DNA of 64,000 nucleotides from Thermoanaerobaculia bacterium (GTDB lineage Bacteria; Acidobacteriota; Thermoanaerobaculia; Multivoradales; UBA5704): NCBI GenBank assembly GCA_044226625.1, contig JBGAGQ010000003.1, positions 32,001 to 96,000 of the forward strand, read 5' to 3'. Shown piece by piece: positions 57,012 to 64,000 of this stretch (position 1 is its first letter; each line of letters starts with the position of its first letter). The notes under the pieces were generated by a model. It saw only the letters and a program-made list of their open reading frames with translations, ran no database searches and was not told where the DNA came from. The position numbers and the translations under genes were made by a program.

Positions 57012-57365
57012 GTGCCGAACGACCCCACATTCCAACCTCTCAAGCCGGTCGACTTGATCGTCCTCCTCGCACTCGCCGAGGGAGATCGGCACGGTTACGC
57101 CCTCTCCCAGGAGATCGAGCGACGCACCGACGGAACCGTTCGCCTGGAAGCGGGAAACCTCTATCGGACCCTACGCCGGCTGCTGGCCGAAGGACTGATC
57201 GGGGAAGCCGGCCGACGGCCGAGCGAGAACGACGACGACCGCCGCAACTACTTCTCGATCACGCCGCACGGCATCCGGGCGGCTCGGGCCGAGGTGAAGC
57301 GGCTGTCCACGCTGCTCGGCTCGGCGGCCGTCCAGGCGCTGCACCAGCGGGCGGAGCCGACGTGA
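57012..57365 (+). CDS. PadR-family transcriptional regulator
   Basis: HGYALSQEI...GNLYRTLRRLLAEGLI...RRNYFSIT; AGGAGG before GTG 57012. Confidence 0.92.
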   Translation: MPNDPTFQPLKPVDLIVLLALAEGDRHGYALSQEIERRTDGTVRLEAGNLYRTLRRLLAEGLIGEAGRRPSENDDDRRNYFSITPHGIRAARAEVKRLSTLLGSAAVQALHQRAEPT

Positions 57366-60097
57366 GCAATCGCCGCGTCCTCTCCGAAGCGGTCTACCGA
57401 CTCCTCCTCCGGCTCTATCCCGCCCGATTTCGCCGCGAGGCGGAGAGTTTCCTCGTCGAGTTCTTCCGCGACCAGCTCCGCTCGGCCCGGAGTCGGCGGT
57501 TCGGCATCCTCCGGCTATGGACCCGAGCGGTCCCCGACCTCTTGGCTTCGGCCTGCCTCGAACGCGCCTCGGCGATGCGGGAGTTGTTCTCCGCGCCGAC
57601 CATCCCACGAACCCGACCCGGAGATTCCGCCATGAGCGTCTTCCTCCTCGAGCTCCGCTACGCGCTTCGCCTGCTGCGCCAGGCTCCCTTTTTCACCCTC
57701 GTCGCGGGGCTCGTCATCGCGCTCGGAATCGGCGCGGTGACGACGATCTTCAGCGCCGCCAACGGCCTCGCGTTCCGGCCGCTGCCGGGGACGCACGAAC
57801 CGGACCGGCTGGTCGAAATCCATCGGTCGGACGCGGAAGGGCGCGGCTCGCACTCGGCGTCCTACCCCTATTACCGGGCGCTCTCCGAGCGGTCGAATTC
57901 TCTTTCCGGGCTTGCGGCTTGGTCGATGCTCGCGCTGACCGTCCGGACCGAAGGGTCGGAGGGGACGCGGGCGCTCGGCAACATCGTCACCGGCAACTAC
58001 TTCGACGTGCTCGGCGTGCGTCCCGAGGCCGGGCGATTCTTCGTGCCCGAAGAGGACCGCGTTCCCGGAGCGCGGCCGGTGGTAGTGCTCAGCCATGCCT
58101 GTTGGAGCCGCGCGTTCGGCGGCGACCCCGGGGCGATCGGCCGGTCGATCTCGCTCAACGGTCATCCGTTCACCGTCGTGGGAGTCGCGCCGCGCGGATT
58201 CCACGGCGTCTTCGCCGCTCTCTCGACCGACGTCTGGGTGCCGATGATGATGCAGGCGGAGGTGCGCGGCACCGGAGACATGCTCTCCTCGGCGGGCACC
58301 TCCTGGTTGGAGCTCATCGGCCGGCGACGCGCCGGCATCGACGCCACCCAAGTTCGGGCGGAGCTCTCCGCCGCTACCGCGGCGTTCGCGGGGAAAGCCG
58401 AGCCGGCCGACCTCGGCCGCCTGTCGAGCGTCGCCGTGCATCCGCTGGGCGCTCTCCCCTCCGAAGCGAACGGGGCGTTCTTGAGCTTCCTCGCACTGCT
58501 GCTGGGCGCCTCCGGCCTGGTGCTCGCGATCGCGAGCGTCAACGTCGCCGGCATGCTGCTCGCTCGGGCCACCGCGAGGCGGCGCGAGATCCTCGTCCGA
58601 CTTTCGCTCGGGGCGTCGCGCGCCCGCGTCGTCCGTCAGCTGCTGATCGAGAGCGTGACGCTGTTCGGGCTCGGCTCGGCCGGCGGCATCCTGCTCGCCG
58701 AGTGGGGCACGCGGGCGCTCGAGCGCATCCCGATCCCGGTCGACGTCCCGATCTCGCTCGAAATGACACCCGATCTCCGAGTTCTCGCGTTCGCGGTCGC
58801 CACTGCGCTCCTTTCCGGCCTCCTCTTCGGCCTGGTGCCGGCGCTCGAAGGGACCCGCCTCGACCTCGCCTCCCCCCTCCGCTCCGAGACACCGGGTGCC
58901 GGCAGGAAGCGCTCGCGGATGCGCAACGTCCTGGTGGTCGGCCAGATCTCCCTTTCCCTCCTGCTTCTAATCGCCGCGGGACTCTTCCTGCGCGCGCTCG
59001 AACGCGGCCAGCGCGTCGATCCCGGCTTCGACGCCACGAACGTCGCGACCGCTTCGTTCGATACCCGCACCTATGGCTACGGTGAGGAACGCGCCCGGCA
59101 GTTCTACGCCGACCTCAAGACCCGCCTCGCCGCCCGGCCCGGAGTGGAGGCGGTCTCGTACGCGCGGGTCCTGCCTCTCTCCGGAAATCGCACCGGCGAC
59201 GAGTTCCGCGTCGACCGCCCGGCCGGTCCATCGGATGAAGAAGGCGGGGAGCCGATCCTCTTCGCGCAGGTCGACGCCGACTATTTCCGAGTGCTCCATC
59301 TACCGCTGCTCGAAGGACGCGGATTCCAGGCGAGCGACGGGCCGCGAGCGGCCGGCGTGGTGATCGTGAACGAATCGTTCGCGCGCCGCTTTTACCCTGA
59401 CGGTCCCGCGCTCGGCCGAACGGTCTATCGCGGCAAGGACGCTCTCACCGTCGTCGGAGTCGCTCGCGACGCGAAGATCGCCTCGCTCTCCGAAGGCTCC
59501 GAGCCGTTCGTCTACGTGCCGATCGCTCAGAGCTTCAGCGCCGAGCTGAACCTGATGGTCCGCACGGCCCGATCGGTGAACACCGCGGCCGATCCCGGCG
59601 CGATCGCGGCGATGATCCGCGACGAGGTCCGCGCGCTCGACGCCGGTCTGCCGCGCGCCGAGGTGACTCCGCTCTCGGTGGTCGCCAGCCTCGCACTCCT
59701 GCCGCAACGGGTGGCCGCGATCGTCACCGGCCTCTTGGGGCTCGTCGGCCTTTTGCTCGCCGCGGTCGGACTCTACGGGGTGATCGCCTATTCGGTGAGC
59801 CAACGGGGGCGCGAGATCGGCGTCCGCATGGCGCTCGGCGCCACCGTCCGCGAAGTGGTCCGCATGGTACTCGGCGAGAGCGCCCGGTTCGTCGCGGCGG
59901 GCGTCGCGGTCGGCGTCTGCCTCGCGCTCGCGGCCACGTGGCTGATGAAGCCATTCCTGTTCGGCGTGAGCCCGACCGACGCCGTGACCTACCTCGCGGT
60001 CTCGGCGGTGCTCGCCGGCGTCGCGATGCTCGCGAGTTACCTCCCCGCGCGGCGCGCAGCGGCGGCCGATCCGATGGAGGTGCTGCGCACCGAATAG
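57362..60097 (+). CDS. Duplicated MacB/FtsX-type permease (acidobacterial ADOP family)
   Basis: Two MacB-PCD/FtsX halves (ALGIGAVTTIFS; RRREILVRLSLGA; REIGVRMALGA; PARRAAAADPMEVLR). Coupled to PadR; no ATPase gene nearby. Confidence 0.93.
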   Translation: MSNRRVLSEAVYRLLLRLYPARFRREAESFLVEFFRDQLRSARSRRFGILRLWTRAVPDLLASACLERASAMRELFSAPTIPRTRPGDSAMSVFLLELRYALRLLRQAPFFTLVAGLVIALGIGAVTTIFSAANGLAFRPLPGTHEPDRLVEIHRSDAEGRGSHSASYPYYRALSERSNSLSGLAAWSMLALTVRTEGSEGTRALGNIVTGNYFDVLGVRPEAGRFFVPEEDRVPGARPVVVLSHACWSRAFGGDPGAIGRSISLNGHPFTVVGVAPRGFHGVFAALSTDVWVPMMMQAEVRGTGDMLSSAGTSWLELIGRRRAGIDATQVRAELSAATAAFAGKAEPADLGRLSSVAVHPLGALPSEANGAFLSFLALLLGASGLVLAIASVNVAGMLLARATARRREILVRLSLGASRARVVRQLLIESVTLFGLGSAGGILLAEWGTRALERIPIPVDVPISLEMTPDLRVLAFAVATALLSGLLFGLVPALEGTRLDLASPLRSETPGAGRKRSRMRNVLVVGQISLSLLLLIAAGLFLRALERGQRVDPGFDATNVATASFDTRTYGYGEERARQFYADLKTRLAARPGVEAVSYARVLPLSGNRTGDEFRVDRPAGPSDEEGGEPILFAQVDADYFRVLHLPLLEGRGFQASDGPRAAGVVIVNESFARRFYPDGPALGRTVYRGKDALTVVGVARDAKIASLSEGSEPFVYVPIAQSFSAELNLMVRTARSVNTAADPGAIAAMIRDEVRALDAGLPRAEVTPLSVVASLALLPQRVAAIVTGLLGLVGLLLAAVGLYGVIAYSVSQRGREIGVRMALGATVREVVRMVLGESARFVAAGVAVGVCLALAATWLMKPFLFGVSPTDAVTYLAVSAVLAGVAMLASYLPARRAAAADPMEVLRTE

Positions 60098-60183
60098 GCC
60101 GAGCCGGGCGGACTCGATCGCTATCGACACCGCGCATCGACACGAATGACGGAATGCGGGCCCGGTGCTAGGTTGCCCGCATC

Positions 60184-61257
60184 GTGAACCGATTCAGCAA
60201 AATTGCCCGGCCTGGGCTCGTCGTCTTGGCTCTGAGCGGGATCGGGGCCGCGCCCCTTTCGGCCGCCGTACCGCCGACGATCGTCGGCGCGGCATCGCCC
60301 GCGGGCGGCCAAATCCGGGTGGGCTGGCACTTCCGCAACACGGACCAGACCGGCCCCCGGTACGACGTCTTCCGCGCGTCGGGGCCGTGTAGCGCCCCCG
60401 GGCCCTTCGGGGCGATCGCGACGCAGCTGAACGCGCTCGCCTTCCTCGACACCGGACTCGTCGACGGTCAGACCTACGCCTACGAGATCGAAAGCACCGG
60501 TGCCCCCGGTGTCCGCTCGGCGTGCGTCGAAGCCCGGCCGGGCGAGCCCTGTATCGCCCCGCCGCTCTTCCCCGGTCTCGCCGCGGTGAACGACGCGCAG
60601 ATCCAGTGCGGAATGATTCTCTCGTCCGCCGACGCGGTTCCGCTGTGCGGCACGTCCGCGGTCTACGATATCTACCGCTCGACGACCTCGGGTTTCGTCC
60701 CCGACAAGTCGAACCAGATCGTCTTCCACGGCACCTCGAACGGCACGGTCGACACGAACGTGTTCAACGGCGTCACCTATTTCTACGTCGAGCGCGCGGT
60801 TGACACGGGCAACGGAGTCCAGGAACAGAACCTGATCGAGAAAAGTGGTACGCCGCTCCACTGCGGCAACCCGCCTCCACCGACCGGGCGTTACTACACG
60901 GTCCTTCCTTGTCGAGCGGTGGACACCCGGCGCCCGGACGGAACGTTCGGTGGTCCGGCGCTCGCTCCGTCCGTTCCCCGGACGATACCCATGGCAGGAA
61001 CCTGCGGCGTACCGGCGACCGCGAAGTCCGTCGCCCTCCGCGTCTCGGTCACCGCTCCGGCGGCTCCCGGTAGCTTGGCCCTTTACGCGGCCGACCTCCC
61101 CTCGCCTCCCCTCGTGAGCGCGATCAACTTCTCGGTCGGCCAGACGCGAACCAACGACGCGATCGTCAGGCTCTCGACCGACGGCGCTCTCGCCCTGCTC
61201 GATCAGTCGAACGGAACCGTACACGTGATCGTCGACGTCGAGGGGTACTTCGACTAA
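60184..61257 (+). CDS. Secreted FN3-like beta-sandwich protein with PCRxVDTR C-terminal domain
   Basis: Signal peptide; YDVFRA/YDIYRS...TYFYVERAVD FN3-like repeats; PCRAVDTR...HVIVDVEGYF. Confidence 0.78.
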   Translation: MNRFSKIARPGLVVLALSGIGAAPLSAAVPPTIVGAASPAGGQIRVGWHFRNTDQTGPRYDVFRASGPCSAPGPFGAIATQLNALAFLDTGLVDGQTYAYEIESTGAPGVRSACVEARPGEPCIAPPLFPGLAAVNDAQIQCGMILSSADAVPLCGTSAVYDIYRSTTSGFVPDKSNQIVFHGTSNGTVDTNVFNGVTYFYVERAVDTGNGVQEQNLIEKSGTPLHCGNPPPPTGRYYTVLPCRAVDTRRPDGTFGGPALAPSVPRTIPMAGTCGVPATAKSVALRVSVTAPAAPGSLALYAADLPSPPLVSAINFSVGQTRTNDAIVRLSTDGALALLDQSNGTVHVIVDVEGYFD

Positions 61258-61291
61258 GGGACAGAGCTCTCGCCTTTTCCCAGGAGGCTTT

Positions 61292-61537
61292 TCAGCCGCG
61301 CCTCCGGCCCTCTCGGTCCACCCGTTCGATCAGCAGGTAAAGCCCTCCGCAGGCCGCGAAAGCGAAGGCGGAGACGACGGCGGCGGGCAGCGCCGCTGCC
61401 CGATGTCCGGCGAGGTACGCCTCGAGCGTCGCGCTCAACAGCCACATCTGGACGATCAACAGCACCGCGATCAGGGCGATCGCGCCATCGATCGCTGTGG
61501 CTCCGTGTTTACGCGGGAGAGAGGACCTCGTTTTCAT
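61292..61537 (-). CDS. Small two-TM membrane protein (DUF6755-like)
   Basis: IVQMWLLSATLEAYLAG; last gene of the molybdoenzyme operon. Confidence 0.7.
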   Translation of the reverse strand: MKTRSSLPRKHGATAIDGAIALIAVLLIVQMWLLSATLEAYLAGHRAAALPAAVVSAFAFAACGGLYLLIERVDREGRRRG

Positions 61538-61550
61538 TCGGGCTCCCGGC

Positions 61551-62099
61551 TTACGCCTCGCCCCCCGAGATCCCCACGGCAAACAGGAGATCCCCTCGGC
61601 GCTCGAGCAGGATTCTGGGCAGGGCTCTGGGAGGCGGGCCGGCGACGACCGAGCCGTCGGCAAGGTCGAACACCCCCTGATGGCAGGGGCATTCGATCCG
61701 CCGCCTTGCGGCCGAGTAGATGACGGCGCACGATAGGTGAGTGCATTTCTGGCTGTAGGCGACGTAGGTTTCCGCTTCCAGGCGGATCAAGAGACAAGGG
61801 TCGGTCTCGGTCGGATAAAAGAATCGACGCGCTCCGCCCACCGGGACCTCCGCGGCTGCGGGGATCGGCAGGCGCAGAACGGGCGTAGTCCCACCCAGGC
61901 GGGCGCGCAATAGGATCCAGAGATTGCCGACGAACATGCCGAGGCTCGCGAGGGTCATGAACTTGCCGAGCTGCCGGCGGCTCACGTAACGCTCCTCGCC
62001 GCTCTCGATCGCGAATTCCTCGCGCCAGAGAGGCCGCGAAGGGCCGTCCTCGCCGTGTGCGTCCTCGGGGCTTGCCGGTCGCGCGTTCGGCGAATTCAT
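61551..62099 (-). CDS. Membrane-anchored Rieske [2Fe-2S] protein
   Basis: VSRRQLGKF Tat-like anchor; CTHLSC...CPCHQG. Confidence 0.9.
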   Translation of the reverse strand: MNSPNARPASPEDAHGEDGPSRPLWREEFAIESGEERYVSRRQLGKFMTLASLGMFVGNLWILLRARLGGTTPVLRLPIPAAAEVPVGGARRFFYPTETDPCLLIRLEAETYVAYSQKCTHLSCAVIYSAARRRIECPCHQGVFDLADGSVVAGPPPRALPRILLERRGDLLFAVGISGGEA

Positions 62100-62674
62100 G
62101 GCTCTCCTTTCCACAGGTGGTCGGCGACGTCGAAGCTCGGCGCGGCAGCGTCCTCGGGCAGCATGAGGAAGACCTTCGTGGTAACCACCTGTCGGCCGAA
62201 ACGAAACGAATTGGCAGGGGTTTCGCGCCGCCCGGCGGCAATCTCTTCGGGTGTAACGAAGGTGAGCGCCTGGCTCGGGCAGACCGTCGCGCACATCGGC
62301 TTCAGTCCCGCCGACGTGCGGTCGTAGCACATGTCGCACTTCATCATCAGCTCGAGCTCGACCTGCATCTTCGGCACGCCGAACGGGCATGCGAGAACGC
62401 AGTTCGAGCAGGCGACGCAGCGCGGCTTGAGCGCCGAGTGGACGATGCCGTCCTCCCCTTTCTTGATCGCGTCGGCCGGGCAGACCATCGCGCAGGTCGG
62501 ATCGTCGCAATGCATACAAACGGTCGGCACGGTCGCGATCGAGCTCTCGCGGTCGACGAAATCGACGCTGATCATCGGCACGCCCCGATGCGTGCCGCAT
62601 TCGGCGCAGGCGTTTTCGCACGAGCGGCAGCCAATGCAGCGGGAGGGATCGATGTAGAACTGCGGCGCGCTCAT
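62096..62674 (-). CDS. 4Fe-4S dicluster ferredoxin subunit
   Basis: Four Cys groups: [41 protein letters not shown]...CATVCP. Confidence 0.93.
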   Translation of the reverse strand: MSAPQFYIDPSRCIGCRSCENACAECGTHRGVPMISVDFVDRESSIATVPTVCMHCDDPTCAMVCPADAIKKGEDGIVHSALKPRCVACSNCVLACPFGVPKMQVELELMMKCDMCYDRTSAGLKPMCATVCPSQALTFVTPEEIAAGRRETPANSFRFGRQVVTTKVFLMLPEDAAAPSFDVADHLWKGEP

Positions 62675-64000
62675 CGTCCGCCTTCCGAAACCTTCTCGAT
62701 CCGACAGGCGGACACCTTGAACTCAGGAATCTTGCTGCGCGGATCGAGGGTGCGGTGGGTGAGCTGGTTCGCGCTCTTTCGACCTGCCCAGTGGTAAGGA
62801 ATGAATACCGTATCCGGCCGGATCGTCCGAACCACCATCGCCGGAAGCTCCATCGAAGTACGGCGGGTGGTGACCCGTACGCGATCGCCGTTCGCGATGC
62901 CGTAACGTTCGGCGAGCTCCGGATGCAGCTCGAGCTTCGGCTCCGGAGCCTGGGCCACGAGCGCCCCGATGCGACGAGTCTGGGTCCCGGACAGGTAATG
63001 GGAGACGACCCTGCCGGTGGTCAGATAGACGGGGAAGTCCGCGTCGACTGGATCTCCCGACTCGCGGTACTCGGCCACAACGAACCGCGCCTTGCCATCG
63101 GCATGAAAGAACCGCCCCCCTTCGAACAGGCGAGGCGTACCCGGATGGTCCTCGCTCGGGCACGGCCAGAAGATGCCCTGCGCGCGATCGATCTTCTCGT
63201 AGGTGATCCCCGAGTAGTCGGCAATTCCTCCGCGCGAGGCCCTACGGAGCTCCTCGAAGATCTCCCGTGGCTCGGAATAGGAGAAATGCTTCTCCTTGCC
63301 CAGCCGACGCGCCAGCTCGATATAGATCCGCGAATCGGGCCAGGCGTTCCCGGGAGGATCGACCGCCTTGCGAATGTGCAACACGCGACCCTCAGCGCTG
63401 GCGACCACCCCCTCCTCCTCCTCCTGGAGGCTCCCCGCGAGCACGACGTCGGCGTGCTGCGCCGTCTCGGAGAGGAAGAAATCGACCACTACGAACAGCT
63501 CCAGCTTTTGGAGCGCCTCGCGCACGAAGCTCGAGTCGGGCAGGGAGACCAGCGGATTGAAGCAGATCGACACGAGCGCCTTGATCTCGCCGCGATGGAT
63601 CGCCTCCATGATCTCCATCGCCGAAAGCCCAGGGCCAGGGATCTCCTCCGGCGCGATCCCCCACACCTCCGCGACGTGACGGCGTGCCGCCTCGTCGGTG
63701 ATCGACCGGGCGCCCGGCAGTTGATCGGCTTTCTGCCCGTGCTCGCGCCCACCCTGACCGTTGCCCTGACCGGTCACCATCATGCAGCCGGCGCCTTCGC
63801 GGCCGAAATTGCCCGTCGCGAGCGCCAGGTTGATCAGGCCGAGGACGTTCTCGACCCCTTTCGATTGGTGCTCGACGCCGCGCGCGTGGAGCGTCACCGC
63901 GCGTTCCGCTTCGCCGTACCAGATGGCCGCCTTCTCGATGGCAAGCGGCGGTACGCCGGTCAGCTCGGCGGTACGCTTCGGATTCCATGGTTCGACCGAA
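62671..64000 (-). CDS. Molybdopterin oxidoreductase catalytic subunit (NasA/NarB/Fdh-like), 5' end beyond the window
   Basis: [46 protein letters not shown]...[10 protein letters not shown]. The frame stays open to the window edge. Confidence 0.92.
   Translation of the reverse strand, partial: SVEPWNPKRTAELTGVPPLAIEKAAIWYGEAERAVTLHARGVEHQSKGVENVLGLINLALATGNFGREGAGCMMVTGQGNGQGGREHGQKADQLPGARSITDEAARRHVAEVWGIAPEEIPGPGLSAMEIMEAIHRGEIKALVSICFNPLVSLPDSSFVREALQKLELFVVVDFFLSETAQHADVVLAGSLQEEEEGVVASAEGRVLHIRKAVDPPGNAWPDSRIYIELARRLGKEKHFSYSEPREIFEELRRASRGGIADYSGITYEKIDRAQGIFWPCPSEDHPGTPRLFEGGRFFHADGKARFVVAEYRESGDPVDADFPVYLTTGRVVSHYLSGTQTRRIGALVAQAPEPKLELHPELAERYGIANGDRVRVTTRRTSMELPAMVVRTIRPDTVFIPYHWAGRKSANQLTHRTLDPRSKIPEFKVSACRIEKVSEGGR

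Overview
High-GC bacterial window, most likely Acidobacteriota (Thermoanaerobaculia-like). That assignment is inferred from the PadR plus duplicated orphan permease pair, the zf-HC2/TPR protein and the CHAT-type leader. Housekeeping genes include aceE, glk, pgi, osmC, an HMG-CoA synthase-family gene, hbd, lemA, thyA-folA and OlsB/OlsA-like acyltransferases. The main accessory feature is a co-oriented ~16.5 kb island (7.2-23.8 kb) with a cyanobactin-type PatA/PatG S8 protease and two 8-Cys precursor peptides that share a PVHR...GI(E/S)P leader. It also has two TPR-sulfotransferases and a SagB-type dehydrogenase fused to an NHLP-like leader domain, but no YcaO. Three putative effector genes with a shared GHRFENL...IQR N-terminal motif flank it: two pore-former-like paralogs with swapped low-complexity linkers and one BMT5/DUF2431-like protein. 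Other notable items are a MamK-like actin behind an amidase and a PilZ-AMIN gene, a small secreted peptide/TPR pair with a duplicated upstream motif, a promoter- and terminator-bounded structured sRNA candidate, and two non-coding ~20-bp-period quasi-palindromic arrays. All family assignments come from motif recognition by eye; no database searches were run.
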